A stretch of DNA of 64,000 nt from a virus: IMG/VR virus record IMGVR_UViG_3300031469_000005, positions 48,887 to 112,886 of that record. One strand, 5' to 3'. The notes under the pieces were generated by a model, which saw only the letters and a list, made by a program, of their open reading frames with translations, ran no database searches and was not told the origin of the DNA. This document shows positions 1-9,642 of the stretch, piece by piece. The position numbers and the translations under genes were made by a program. Numbering within the stretch: position 1 is the stretch's first letter; each line of letters opens with the position of its first letter.

Positions 1-162
1 GCAGGCGAGCTTGTTAGCTCTGCGTGCTGCTTTACGAGATCGGCGGACGTATTCTTTTCGAACGCGTTCCACGCCGTTGTGCCCCGCCTTGACGGTCCCG
101 AACGAGCAACACCCGTAGTAGCAGGACCGATTCTGGATTCGAGAATTTCCGTAGGCTTTCAT
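1..162 (-). CDS. small basic Cys-containing hypothetical protein (runs off window start)
   Basis: Not in ORF track. ATG at 162 follows the recurrent promoter GTGTTC(197-192)-N17-TAGGTT and reads MKAYGNSRIQNRSCYYGCCSFG... Confidence 0.55.
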   Translation of the reverse strand, partial: MKAYGNSRIQNRSCYYGCCSFGTVKAGHNGVERVRKEYVRRSRKAARRANKLAC

Positions 163-376
163 GATCTAAACCTATCACTTTCGACAAGGAAGAACACTTA
201 TTCCGAGAAGTTTTTGCATCAAGCGCATCAACGAAACGCATGTCATGTTGATCGACCGTTTTGTCATTGGGATCGCGAGACGCGTTGTACGTTGCCCTTG
301 CATCTTTGATGCTCATGCCCGTGACATCGATACCGCAGTTCTTCCCGAGAGCAACAATGTTTGCGTTAACCTTCAT
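32..376 (-). CDS. hypothetical protein (true end probably ~176 if the A5 run at 211-215 is one base shorter)
   Basis: ORF track, with recurrent promoter directly upstream (383-410). Confidence 0.5.
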   Translation of the reverse strand: MKVNANIVALGKNCGIDVTGMSIKDARATYNASRDPNDKTVDQHDMRFVDALDAKTSRNKCSSLSKVIGLDHESLRKFSNPESVLLLRVLLVRDRQGGAQRRGTRSKRIRPPIS

Positions 377-382
377 GATCAG

Positions 383-669
383 ATCATATCATGTTCGGAA
401 ACGAAAACACTATGATGTGTAGTAGATCTGCTCGGGATCGAATCCGGCTTTTCTGCATGCCGTTTCGGCTTCCGGGGCACTCGAGAAATATCCGTGCCAT
501 CCGTGCTTTAGGTTACCATCTTTTCCGGCGGCACGGAACCATGTGAATCCTCCGGATCGGTCGTACACCAGCGTGGACTTAGCCTCCACCTGAGCGTCGG
601 TTGCGACCGGTTTATAAATCGCTTTATTCATAGAGAGAATCATATCATGTTCGGAGACGAAAAACACTA
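383..669 (-). repeat. ~30-bp near-identical direct repeats (383-412 and 639-669), both promoter copies, flanking one gene
   Basis: atcatatcatgttcggaaacgaaaacacta vs atcatatcatgttcggagacgaaaaacacta. Confidence 0.85.
410..631 (-). CDS. hypothetical protein
   Basis: ORF track 410..667. Start moved to ATG 631 because the promoter motif occupies 639-667. Confidence 0.6.
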   Translation of the reverse strand: MNKAIYKPVATDAQVEAKSTLVYDRSGGFTWFRAAGKDGNLKHGWHGYFSSAPEAETACRKAGFDPEQIYYTS

Positions 670-972
670 TTTGTTTGGTTCAAATCGAACGGATTCTTCG
701 TTGAAGTACAAGCAACCGAGAGCATGACGATTCTTCCGTCGATCCTGTGTGTAAAGGATGACGGAACCACGATCAATCGCGACCTGATCAAGAACGCCGC
801 GACCCGTTTGTGTCAAATTGATGCTTGAACACATGCTTCCAAGCTTTGTCAAGAATTCGCGATTCGGATCGATCGGAGAGATCTTTATCGTGATTCGATC
901 CGCGGCGATCGTTATCTTGCTGTGACTTCCTCCGTCACGAGTTGGAACGATCTCAATTTTTTTGCCTGACAT
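667..972 (-). CDS. hypothetical protein
   Basis: ORF track, GGAG SD upstream. Confidence 0.6.
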   Translation of the reverse strand: MSGKKIEIVPTRDGGSHSKITIAADRITIKISPIDPNREFLTKLGSMCSSINLTQTGRGVLDQVAIDRGSVILYTQDRRKNRHALGCLYFNEESVRFEPNK

Positions 973-981
973 TGTGTTCTC

Positions 982-1311
982 CTAAAGTTTGAACAGCGAA
1001 TCATCGTTTCGTGAATCGAGGATCGCATTCTCGATCTTGTACCGTCTCACGTTGAATTCGTGAATCCTAAGATCGTTGAGCAACGCTAACATTCTTGTCT
1101 TGAGATCATCGAACGAATTCCCCCTACCCGTGCAAAACGCATCGTTGTTGCTGATCTCGAATTCCTTGCTTTTTCGTTTCTCCATGAGAAGCTTTGCAAC
1201 GTGAAACGATCTTTCCTTGCAAAGTTGCTTGAAAAGATCGAGTCGTTCATCGAACACGGGATCGATGGTAACGTGAGATTCGTAGTAGAGGGAAAATGTA
1301 TCGAGGTTCAT
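982..1311 (-). CDS. phage hypothetical protein (YESHVT...RYKIE motif)
   Basis: ORF track. ATG at 1311 overlaps the upstream stop. Confidence 0.6.
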   Translation of the reverse strand: MNLDTFSLYYESHVTIDPVFDERLDLFKQLCKERSFHVAKLLMEKRKSKEFEISNNDAFCTGRGNSFDDLKTRMLALLNDLRIHEFNVRRYKIENAILDSRNDDSLFKL

Positions 1312-1652
1312 TCGGTTCTTTTTGATCGCTGTAACTTCGCTTCGATGCATTCGAGCGCCGTCTGAAATTCTGCTCGATCGTCACGTTCCGCGGCATCGAT
1401 CGCGTCCTCGAGAAGATCTGTGACGTCGTTCACCGCCGCGGCCTTATCGGCGTTCGATGAATTGTTGTCGTAGTTCGCCAGGAATTGTCGAGGAGTCACA
1501 CCATTGATCGACATCGAGTGGGAGAGAGTCCTGAGAACGTTCACGCTCGTCGATGCTTGTCCGAATTGATCAACGAACGGGGGCTTCTCGACCTCGGCTT
1601 TTCGCACGTACTTGATCTTGAGCTTGCTGTTCGATTCGGGTTTTTGAGGCAT
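1308..1652 (-). CDS. hypothetical protein
   Basis: ORF track, promoter GTGTCA-N17-TACAAT upstream. Confidence 0.6.
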   Translation of the reverse strand: MPQKPESNSKLKIKYVRKAEVEKPPFVDQFGQASTSVNVLRTLSHSMSINGVTPRQFLANYDNNSSNADKAAAVNDVTDLLEDAIDAAERDDRAEFQTALECIEAKLQRSKRTE

Positions 1653-1671
1653 ATTTCATTGTATCATCGTT

Positions 1672-2001
1672 TCAAACAAATGACACGATCCAATCGGCTC
1701 GATGCAATTCTTGGTTGACGTGGTACGTGTGATGCCTCAATTTTTGATTTGAGTTGATCGTCGTGATCTGAACGAAGACGTCATCACTCGGCTTTACGCT
1801 GACTCCAACCGATTCAAGGATACCCGTACACGATACAACTGATATGACGAGCTCCACCGGATATCGAGCCCAAAAATTTGTCGTTCCCGCCGTTCTGGTG
1901 ATGAACATTTTCTTGTTGAGAAGCATTGTTCCCGGCTTGATGTCGAGCCAGTGAATGCGTGTGTCAAGACTTTGCGACATGAGCTTCGTATGCACGGACA
2001 A
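1672..2001 (-). CDS. small LxPG(D) SH3/KOW-like family protein
   Basis: WLDIKPGTMLL...LVISVV. Confidence 0.5.
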   Translation of the reverse strand: MSVHTKLMSQSLDTRIHWLDIKPGTMLLNKKMFITRTAGTTNFWARYPVELVISVVSCTGILESVGVSVKPSDDVFVQITTINSNQKLRHHTYHVNQELHRADWIVSFV

Positions 2002-3343
2002 CTTGCGGATCTACATCACATTCTTCCCGCCACCTTTTAAAAACGGGAAATCTTACTTTGAGATCGGGTGTCAAAAATTGACCCTTAATTTCCATGATCT
2101 TCCCATAATATGTCTCGGGGCCAACGAGCTGAAATTCAGCACGTTGAGCATCCTTCCAACCACCACCGCATCTCGTGGTCACACCGTCCTTCGAGAGGCC
2201 GATGAAGCCCCCGAATTGACCTTCGCGCTTCGTGTTGGTATGTCCTTGGTACCAACCGACGACCACCAACTCGTGAGTGGTCACGGGCTTGAACTTTCGA
2301 ATTGCCTTCGAACGTTCGAACACGTACGGAGAATAGAGATCCTTGAGCATGACACCCTCGAATCCCGCTTCGAGACTTTCGAAGAAGAACTCAAGCAGCT
2401 CGGGCTCGTTCGAGATGATCTTACCTTCAACGGCCACGATGTTGGGGTGATTCAAGGCGGCGACGATTGTTTTCACGTTCGAGATGCGTTCACCGAACCA
2501 CGTTCCACAGAGTTGACTCGACCATTCGGTGATCGTCATCGTGTCGAACACGTTGATCTTGATCTGGCTGTCATCCTTCAGATTCTTGCTCGAAAGCAGA
2601 ACGCTTGCAGACATCTCCCAGTTATCGCACATTGCTTCGCAATCGAGGACGAAGTTATCGAACTTCGACGCTTCAAGAACCTTCTTGATCGTGGGGAGGG
2701 TATCGAATTGCTTCCCGTTGCGGGAGAACATTTCAACGACACCATCTTTCTTGATGACGACGCACCGGAAGCCGTCGATCTTACGGTCAGCGTAGACGGG
2801 GTACGAGATTCGCTCGTTGATCTTCACATCGTAGCCGCGTGGGCTGTCGTGATTCTCCACGACCTTCGCCTCGAGAGGTTCCGCGAGAGATACCGCGAAC
2901 TTCTTCACCAGACCCGGCCAGAACTTCTCGACAAGGTTGTCCGAAACGCCGCAGCGCATGTTCCTGAGCAGGATTCGGTGACACCATTTTTGTTCGAGTT
3001 CGAGCATTTCAGCGAAACTGTTCACGACTGCATCCTTCGCAGCATTCCCCGAAAGTTCTCGAACGTTGAGACGATCCAGCAAGTCAATGAACTTTGAAAT
3101 TTCGCGATCCGATTCCTGCGAAAGATACGCATCGACATCATCAATACCGTCGCAGTAACGTGATGCAGAACCCGGAGCGGAGGGCATCTTGAACTTCACC
3201 ACACCGAAGTTCGCAAACGGGTCGCCCACGATCTGGAAGATCCGCTTCAGAAGCTCGTTGTTCGCGTGTTGCTCGAGAATTGCTTCCTTCGCAAGACGCG
3301 AGTTGTCAGCTTCGAGGGCTTCGAGAATGTCTACTACGTTCAT
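1964..3343 (-). CDS. lig: ATP-dependent DNA ligase (phage replicative type)
   Basis: KIDG motif I, LDCE, VFD, EGVMLK, KFK and RFPVFKRWR motif VI, plus T4 gp30-like N-terminus (SRLAKEAIL). Confidence 0.95.
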   Translation of the reverse strand: MNVVDILEALEADNSRLAKEAILEQHANNELLKRIFQIVGDPFANFGVVKFKMPSAPGSASRYCDGIDDVDAYLSQESDREISKFIDLLDRLNVRELSGNAAKDAVVNSFAEMLELEQKWCHRILLRNMRCGVSDNLVEKFWPGLVKKFAVSLAEPLEAKVVENHDSPRGYDVKINERISYPVYADRKIDGFRCVVIKKDGVVEMFSRNGKQFDTLPTIKKVLEASKFDNFVLDCEAMCDNWEMSASVLLSSKNLKDDSQIKINVFDTMTITEWSSQLCGTWFGERISNVKTIVAALNHPNIVAVEGKIISNEPELLEFFFESLEAGFEGVMLKDLYSPYVFERSKAIRKFKPVTTHELVVVGWYQGHTNTKREGQFGGFIGLSKDGVTTRCGGGWKDAQRAEFQLVGPETYYGKIMEIKGQFLTPDLKVRFPVFKRWREECDVDPQVVRAYEAHVAKS

Positions 3344-3349
3344 GTGTTG

Positions 3350-3378
3350 ATCCTATCATCTTTCGTTGAAGAGAACAC
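3350..3378 (-). promoter_or_regulatory. recurrent phage promoter GTGTTC-N17-TAGGAT
   Basis: ATG of the ligase lies 6 nt downstream of the -10 hexamer. Confidence 0.75.
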
Positions 3379-3670
3379 CTAAAATCTCAACGAGTTCGCA
3401 CGTAATCGATCGCGTACCAGTCGATCGTCGATGATCGTGATCGCTGCGGGATTAAGAGTTTTAATGTGGTACATTGCGATCGGATTTTCTGAACCCCCAC
3501 CCCAAAGAACGCAGATCGTTTGACCGTCATTTGCAATGACGAGACCCGACACGACGTGTATGTTCTTCTTAGTTGGACCGTTGTAAGGTACAGATCGTGG
3601 ACCGCGATTGTCGAACAATAGCGAAGTTCCCCGGCAAAAGGTTCTTAGTGGTTAGTGGTTTGACGTTGTC
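3379..3670 (-). pseudogene. LxPG family protein with +1 frameshift at a G4 run
   Basis: NLLPG in one frame, LFDNRG...GLVIANDG in the +1 frame. Confidence 0.45.
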
Positions 3671-4001
3671 AATCATCGTTCATTTTCGATTCTGAACATG
3701 CGATTTTAACGATCTGTTTTTCGTCAAGTTTCTTTTGGTTGATCACGAAGTCGCAATTGATGTGTCCGACGGCCATGAAAACGATGATCTCCCAATTCGC
3801 TGGAACCGTCTTAACAACCCAAGATTCCAAAGCGAAATGAAAGGCACTTCTCGGGTGACCGATCGTTGACCAGGTCTTGCCTTTCTTTGACCACCTTGGT
3901 GAACCAATACCATCATTCAGAAAAAGGCCCGTGGACCGATCTCGAACCTTGAACGAACACGCAAATTTAGGTGGTTGTTCTTGCCGTGACATTGAATTCA
4001 T
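3669..4001 (-). CDS. phage hypothetical protein (WSKKGKTW motif)
   Basis: ORF track. Confidence 0.6.
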   Translation of the reverse strand: MNSMSRQEQPPKFACSFKVRDRSTGLFLNDGIGSPRWSKKGKTWSTIGHPRSAFHFALESWVVKTVPANWEIIVFMAVGHINCDFVINQKKLDEKQIVKIACSESKMNDD

Positions 4002-4209
4002 TACGATTCTTGTAAATTTGTTTCTCGATGAGACCGTTCGAGATCGTGGTAGCGAGAACTGCTTGTCGATTGGCTGAACACCTGACGATGCTAATGATCA
4101 TTCTAATCTTTGGAACCACGGTATCATCACCGTAATTGACGGGTGCACGATAGACATGATCTACGATCATATCACCCGGTCGAAGCTCATGAAATGATAT
4201 CAGATTCAT
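3967..4209 (-). CDS. small LxPGD family protein
   Basis: FHELRPGDMIV...MIISIV. Confidence 0.55.
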   Translation of the reverse strand: MNLISFHELRPGDMIVDHVYRAPVNYGDDTVVPKIRMIISIVRCSANRQAVLATTISNGLIEKQIYKNRNEFNVTARTTT

Positions 4210-4216
4210 ACATGAC

Positions 4217-4240
4217 TTCGGGGCGATTGCTCGCCCCGAA
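4217..4240 (-). terminator. perfect 10-bp stem with GCAA tetraloop downstream of AAA gene (no U-tract)
   Basis: ttcggggcga-ttgc-tcgccccgaa. Confidence 0.55.
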
Positions 4241-4274
4241 CCACCAACCTAAACGACTCTCAACAACTTATGAA

Positions 4275-5450
4275 CTAAGATTGGTTAGTAAAAATACTCG
4301 GGATGTTCGGTACAACCCCGATCCCAGCCTCCCCGGCGGGGACGCCGAAGACATCCAGGACCAATTCTGCGCACCACTTGTGGACCGCAACCGAAAGGGA
4401 GAGGTTATCGATTCCCTTCGCGGTCATCTCGGTCCAGAACTTGATCCGAAGCTCATGAGGAAGATCCTTCATGAACGCCTGGATGTTCTTTCCCTGCTTC
4501 TCGGTGAGATCGGTCATTCCCGTGGTGTTGCTGTGGGCAACAACCTTGTCGATGAGCTCGTTCCAGAGATCCTGGGTGGTACCGTTTCCCGTGTTGTTCA
4601 ACTTCTTCTGAACCTTCTTCAAGGTATAGGAATTCAACACATCCTCGGCCGAGATCTGGCGGTCGATCGTCTTGACGTAGCTGCGGAACTTCAGCGCGGC
4701 CTCCATGCCGAGGTAACCGATGCAGGTGTTCAGGAATCTGCTATCATCGGGATCCTCGATCAGGCCGTTCTTCTTGAAGGCCAGGTCGACGAACTCCCAG
4801 GATCGACGTGAGGGTGCGACATCCGAGGGATTTGCCTTGTCCTTGGGGGTGTCGAGCCACACCTCATTCGTGCGGATGAAGTCCACGATGTTGGCGTGGA
4901 TTCGTTGCTTCCCCGTCTTCTCGTCCGTTGCCTGTGCCCAATCCATCCAGTCGGAAACGGAGGGGGTCAGATCGACCACGAAGAAGCGATCCAGAAGGGC
5001 GGGATCCATTTCGTTCACCGTGTACTGCGCCGAGGTGTTCACCGCCGCGACCACCATCGTCTCGGGGTGCAACTTTCGACCGGCAAGTTCTCGATCCAGA
5101 ACGATCTGGAAAGCAGCCTGCATGATCTCGGTGTTCGCCCGGTTCATCTCGTCGAGGAACAACAGGCAAGGGGATTCGCATGCCTTGTTGAACCATTCCA
5201 TGGGATTCCACCGGGTGACGTTTCCGTCCGTCGAGGGAAGACCCAGCATGTCACCGTCGGTCATCTGCGATAGACGTTGATCGATTACTTCACGTTCGAT
5301 ACCATCGATCTTCTGACGAAGCTTTGCAAGCAATCGTACGACCTGGCTCTTTCCCATACCGTGGTCCGCCCGAAGCAACAGGCTGGTCTCCACTGGCAGC
5401 GAGGTCGCAACCTCGAGAAACGACTTGATGTTCATTGCTGCGTTAGACAT
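4275..5450 (-). CDS. MoxR-like AAA+ ATPase
   Basis: Walker A variant ADHGMGKS, Walker B LFLDEMNRA, AAVN sensor, DPALLDRF, PSRRSWE. Confidence 0.9.
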   Translation of the reverse strand: MSNAAMNIKSFLEVATSLPVETSLLLRADHGMGKSQVVRLLAKLRQKIDGIEREVIDQRLSQMTDGDMLGLPSTDGNVTRWNPMEWFNKACESPCLLFLDEMNRANTEIMQAAFQIVLDRELAGRKLHPETMVVAAVNTSAQYTVNEMDPALLDRFFVVDLTPSVSDWMDWAQATDEKTGKQRIHANIVDFIRTNEVWLDTPKDKANPSDVAPSRRSWEFVDLAFKKNGLIEDPDDSRFLNTCIGYLGMEAALKFRSYVKTIDRQISAEDVLNSYTLKKVQKKLNNTGNGTTQDLWNELIDKVVAHSNTTGMTDLTEKQGKNIQAFMKDLPHELRIKFWTEMTAKGIDNLSLSVAVHKWCAELVLDVFGVPAGEAGIGVVPNIPSIFTNQS

Positions 5451-5531
5451 TTACGATATTTTTCCTTTGTGAGAGTTGCAGATTTCTGCGGGTTGGTTTG
5501 TTAAGTTTATCATGTTCCTCGAAAAGGAACA

Positions 5532-5864
5532 CTAGATTTTTGGAGTTGGATCACCAAACGCTTCGAGAACGAATGGTGCAAGTGCGTCATGGATTCGTTT
5601 GATTCTTGTGAAGTCTGAACAATCACGAGTCACGAACGTCCAAACATCAAGTCGATCATCGTAGTTCAATGACGCAAATTTTTTGCGAATATTACTAAGA
5701 TCCTCCGTCGAAAGTTCTTCGTTCAAAGCGCAATGAAAGAACTGAAACGTTTCATTGTTCGCGTATTTCGCAATATGTTCATCGTTCGTGAGCATGTTGT
5801 CATTGTGCTCACGAGTGAGCTTACAGTCAAGAGTCCCGCATGAATGAGCCATTTGTTTTATCAT
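5532..5864 (-). CDS. hypothetical protein
   Basis: ORF track, promoter at 5872-5900. Confidence 0.6.
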   Translation of the reverse strand: MIKQMAHSCGTLDCKLTREHNDNMLTNDEHIAKYANNETFQFFHCALNEELSTEDLSNIRKKFASLNYDDRLDVWTFVTRDCSDFTRIKRIHDALAPFVLEAFGDPTPKI

Positions 5865-5905
5865 TTGTTTGATCCTATCATTTCATTGAAGAAAGAACAC
5901 GATTG

Positions 5906-6361
5906 TTATCCACAACAATCTTCGCAACGATATTCTTGCAATTTTGTTTTGCGTGTAACCGTACAATTGTTGTCATTATATTTGCAACCATGAGTTACAC
6001 AACAATGTCGAGTGTGAACATCGCTTTTCAATTCAGAAAGAACTTCGATTTCATCATCATGGTGAACCATTTTACGTGCATTTTCATCACGCTCAGCGTA
6101 ATTCTCGAAACGCCAATTCGTCATTCCGTCCTCGGATTCAAGTTCTGGACCGTTAACACAAATTGCCTTGATCTCGCCGAAATCAGCGAGATGGGATTCA
6201 TCGAGCAACACAATGTAACCGAACACGACGTGCACAAACGAAACACCGACGACGGTTCCGTAATGTCGTTTTCCGAGGTACGAGTCTGGAATCTTCACGC
6301 GAGTGTTCATTGGAACAGGCTTGTGCATTGTGGGCGTGGGAGTTTTGTACGTAGTTGTCAT
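5906..6361 (-). CDS. hypothetical protein with C-terminal Cys/His cluster (HCCxxHGCKY...CEDC)
   Basis: ORF track, promoter at 6372-6400. Confidence 0.65.
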   Translation of the reverse strand: MTTTYKTPTPTMHKPVPMNTRVKIPDSYLGKRHYGTVVGVSFVHVVFGYIVLLDESHLADFGEIKAICVNGPELESEDGMTNWRFENYAERDENARKMVHHDDEIEVLSELKSDVHTRHCCVTHGCKYNDNNCTVTRKTKLQEYRCEDCCG

Positions 6362-6377
6362 GATTTGTTTTATTCTA

Positions 6378-6681
6378 TCACTTCAAAGAAGAAAGAACAC
6401 GAAAATGTTCATCGGCTCGACTGATACCCATTCTGTACAATTTCATGTCGCTTAAAATGACTAGTTCGTAGTAAAAATTCAAACGAAAATCAGAATCCAG
6501 CGTCTTGCTTGAAAGCACAATGAAAGATTGAATTCTTCTTGAAGAACGTATCATCGCTACCCAAACGGCCAGGCCGTTTGTGATCTTTGTACTTTTGTCC
6601 CCAGTGGCCCATACCGCCCACCAACACGATATCACCTATCGTGGGAAAACGAGGGCCATTCTCAGACGGTACGAGTTCCAT
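6378..6681 (-). pseudogene. IGD/PGD family protein split by +1 frameshift at a G4 run (~6600)
   Basis: ORFs 6490..6681 and 6378..6635 join in frame if one G is removed. Confidence 0.4.
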
Positions 6682-6690
6682 CTTCGAATC

Positions 6691-7467
6691 TTATACGAAT
6701 TGACCCTTTTTGAAGAGACCGGTTTCCTCGAGACCGAGGACGAACGTCTTACCGCTGCACCCGAACCGATTCTTCCTGTTCGAGAAGATCCTCTCACCCC
6801 AGGTCTCGGAACGCTTGTCGAGATCGATGTAGAGGTGAAGGTGCATGTCAAGCATGTGCTTCACAGAATTCTTCCCCGCGAACTCCCCGCCCTTAGTAAC
6901 CTGACCGACGAACAAGGCAATGACGTTCGTACGTTGCTTCACGAACTCGGTGATCTGCTTCGCAACCCTGACGTGGGTGTTCCCATTCATTCCACCGTCA
7001 GCGTACTTCCCATCGTTCATGCATTGCAAGGAATCGATGAGCATGAACACCTTCTTGTTCGGATTCTTATCCGAAAGTGCCGCAGTGTACTCGATGAGCT
7101 TGGGTGTCAAGGGTTCCTGTCCCACCATGAAACCGCTCTTCAACTTGAGGCGTTCACGAGTTAAACCGACCTGGTACAGCGATTCCTCAACCGTGTTGAA
7201 GAGGGCAATGTGACCCGTGCTAGTGATTGAATCAGCCAGTTGCAACATGAAGGTGGTTTTACCACCGCCCGGAGAACCCGTGATCATCCCGCAGGTGGTC
7301 GGAGTGAAACCAAATCCGCCGACGCATTCATCGACCCACGGGATTCCGCACGACACCTTTTCCTTGATATGCGTAGGAACGTTGATGTCGAGAACGTTGG
7401 AACCTAGCTCGAACTCCTGAATCGGCTCAAAATCGACGAAATTATCATTCTTGGATGACCTTGCCAT
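6691..7467 (-). CDS. RadA/Sms-like RecA-family ATPase (short form)
   Basis: GSPGGGKT, EES, IDSLQ, GQVTKGG, KNRFG motif. No Zn finger or Lon domain. GAGGA SD before ATG 7467. Confidence 0.85.
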   Translation of the reverse strand: MARSSKNDNFVDFEPIQEFELGSNVLDINVPTHIKEKVSCGIPWVDECVGGFGFTPTTCGMITGSPGGGKTTFMLQLADSITSTGHIALFNTVEESLYQVGLTRERLKLKSGFMVGQEPLTPKLIEYTAALSDKNPNKKVFMLIDSLQCMNDGKYADGGMNGNTHVRVAKQITEFVKQRTNVIALFVGQVTKGGEFAGKNSVKHMLDMHLHLYIDLDKRSETWGERIFSNRKNRFGCSGKTFVLGLEETGLFKKGQFV

Positions 7468-7489
7468 TGAATTCCTCGGGTGAAAGAGA

Positions 7490-7591
7490 ATCTTATCACA
7501 GTTTCCCAGAATGAACAACAAAAAGGAAAATAGCAAAGGATTTCGTGGATGATGGTGTTTTGTTGTTCATTTGTGTTTCGTATGATATGAT
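7490..7591. promoter_or_regulatory. back-to-back divergent promoters (TTGTTC-N17-TAAGAT on -, TTGTTC-N17-TATGAT on +)
   Basis: inverted repeat atgaacaacaaaa / ttttgttgttcat. Confidence 0.7.
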
Positions 7592-7596
7592 TGATC

Positions 7597-7842
7597 ATGA
7601 ATGACAAAACGTTGGTTGCAGCGCAAGAAATTGTGAACGTTCTGTACAGCGATTCCCGCATTATTCTCGACGTGAACGAGGTCGCTGAGATACTTCAGGG
7701 TGACGTCAACATTAACGAGGTTGAACTCCCGACGAGCGATGAGATCAGCATATTGGTGTGCGGTGACGAAGATGGTGTCATTTCAGATGATCTGAAGATG
7801 CGGTACCCCGACACCTACAATTTTCTTGCAGAACAATTTTGA
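7597..7842 (+). CDS. acidic hypothetical protein
   Basis: ORF track, ATG 5 nt after the -10. Confidence 0.6.
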   Translation: MNDKTLVAAQEIVNVLYSDSRIILDVNEVAEILQGDVNINEVELPTSDEISILVCGDEDGVISDDLKMRYPDTYNFLAEQF

Positions 7843-7918
7843 TTGTTTTCTGTTCGCTGTTTGTGATACGATGAATTCTCACTCAGCAATGCGATCACCG
7901 CATTGTGTTAGGACGTAA

Positions 7919-9241
7919 ATGTTCACCTCAGTTCAATCGACATACAACATCCAAAAGCACACGATTCATCTCATGAGCGATGTTCCGTTCTATGCGGAAA
8001 TCTCGAGGCACGTTGCAAAGATGCCGACCGATCAGATTCCGACGATGGCTGTCGCCTACGATCCTCGAACTGAGGATCTTTGCATGGGTTACAATCCCAA
8101 ATTCTGTGAAAAGTTGACCGACTGGCAAGTGAGGAACGTGCTCATCCATGAGTTCCTCCATCTTATCTTCGGACATCTCTCCGCTCGTCGTAAGACTCCA
8201 CCGAAGTTGTGGAACGTTGCAACCGATTGCGCAATCAACTCGCTGATCATTGATGATGCTCAAAAGTTCAAGAGCGGTTACGCAAACGTTGATCGCAATC
8301 GCCCGCTTCCTCCGGGTTGTTTGATTCCCGGTGAGTGGCCCACGATGCCCGATGGTCGTGAATTGAACGAGGAAGAAAAGAAGGGTGCAACCCTGGGTCA
8401 CATCCTTTCGAAGCTGCCTCCGATGAAATCGTCCGAGTTCTACTACTTCAAGATCCTCGAAGAGGCCGAGAAGATGGGCAAGGGGGCCGAGACGGGCGAG
8501 GGTGGTGAGGGATTCGACTTTGATTCCTTCGATGATCACGGTTTCTGGGATTCGGTACCCGATGACAAGAAAGATCTCGTTGAATCGAAGATCAAGGACA
8601 TGCTGGGAAAGGCGGTCAAGAACGCCGATACTTCCGACGGTTGGGGAAACATCTCGGCCGAGCTTCGGGACGACATTCGTCGATCGGTCACCAGGATCGT
8701 TGACTGGAAAGCGGTCCTTCGGCAATTCACGGGTTCCTTGATTCGAGGCAAGAAGCGAACCTCCATCAAGAGGATCAACCGAAGGTTCCCGTACATTCAT
8801 GCGGGTCAAACGAAGGGTTACACCGCACGGTTGTTGGTTTGCATTGATCAATCGGGATCGGTTGATGATGGGATGCTTCAGATGTTCTTCTCCGAACTGA
8901 GAAGCCTCAACAAGAATGTCGAGATCGATTACCTTCCCTTCGATTGCGAGGCTTACGACAAGGACATCGTCACCTGGAATCGAGGTCGGTGTCCCGATGC
9001 GAAAAGGACTCGGGCCGGTGGTACAGACTTTTCGGCTCCTACCAGAGTAGCAAATGATCCGAAGAATCGTGGACGTTGGGATGGGGTTCTGATCTTTACT
9101 GATGGTGAATGTTCGCAACCGATTCCAAGCCGACTGAAACGGGGATGGATTATTGGGCAGGGGCAAAAGTTGCTCTTCAACACAACGGAAACTGTAATCT
9201 CTCTCAACGATGGAAAAATCAATACCGGAGCTTGGCGCTGA
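7919..9241 (+). CDS. metallopeptidase-like + VWA domain protein (MoxR partner)
   Basis: HEFLH, WNVATDCAIN, DDH, MIDAS DQSGS, GGTDF, FTDG. Confidence 0.9.
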   Translation: MFTSVQSTYNIQKHTIHLMSDVPFYAEISRHVAKMPTDQIPTMAVAYDPRTEDLCMGYNPKFCEKLTDWQVRNVLIHEFLHLIFGHLSARRKTPPKLWNVATDCAINSLIIDDAQKFKSGYANVDRNRPLPPGCLIPGEWPTMPDGRELNEEEKKGATLGHILSKLPPMKSSEFYYFKILEEAEKMGKGAETGEGGEGFDFDSFDDHGFWDSVPDDKKDLVESKIKDMLGKAVKNADTSDGWGNISAELRDDIRRSVTRIVDWKAVLRQFTGSLIRGKKRTSIKRINRRFPYIHAGQTKGYTARLLVCIDQSGSVDDGMLQMFFSELRSLNKNVEIDYLPFDCEAYDKDIVTWNRGRCPDAKRTRAGGTDFSAPTRVANDPKNRGRWDGVLIFTDGECSQPIPSRLKRGWIIGQGQKLLFNTTETVISLNDGKINTGAWR

Positions 9242-9311
9242 AGATTGCCTTCTAGGGGGAAATGCTAACTTATTGATCATTCGTGACGGCAAACAAATTT
9301 ATCCCTAACGA

Positions 9312-9340
9312 GTGTTTCTTTTCTGAATTGGTGATATGAT
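9312..9340 (+). promoter_or_regulatory. recurrent promoter GTGTTT-N17-TATGAT
   Basis: ATG 9346 is 5 nt downstream. Confidence 0.75.
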
Positions 9341-9345
9341 CAATC

Positions 9346-9642
9346 ATGCACAAGATTCACATGTTCCTGCAATACGTCTCGGCAACAACCGGTTACGCGG
9401 GAATCATCAAGTTCATCTACCCGGGCAACGTCCGCGTCTGTGCAACGCTTTCTGCGAACATCAACGAATGCTTGATCGCAATTCCTCGTGATAACGGTCT
9501 CAACATGGTGGGGGACAGCGTCATCGATCATCTCGATTCGCTCGATCGGGAAACGACGTTCAGCCTACCAGCGAGCATCATGAACGAAGCAAAGGTACGA
9601 GCATGTGTCTCGATGAAATACCGTTGCGTCAACGTGGGATAA
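9346..9642 (+). CDS. hypothetical protein
   Basis: ORF track plus promoter. Confidence 0.6.
   Translation: MHKIHMFLQYVSATTGYAGIIKFIYPGNVRVCATLSANINECLIAIPRDNGLNMVGDSVIDHLDSLDRETTFSLPASIMNEAKVRACVSMKYRCVNVG

Noticed and set aside
1955-3097. 380-aa + strand ORF
   Set aside because: Antisense shadow of the ligase with no motifs, explained by codon bias.
4143-5280. several + strand ORFs over the AAA gene
   Set aside because: Shadows of a GC-rich, well-supported - strand gene.
7928-9292. 454-aa - strand ORF
   Set aside because: Antisense shadow of the VWA gene.
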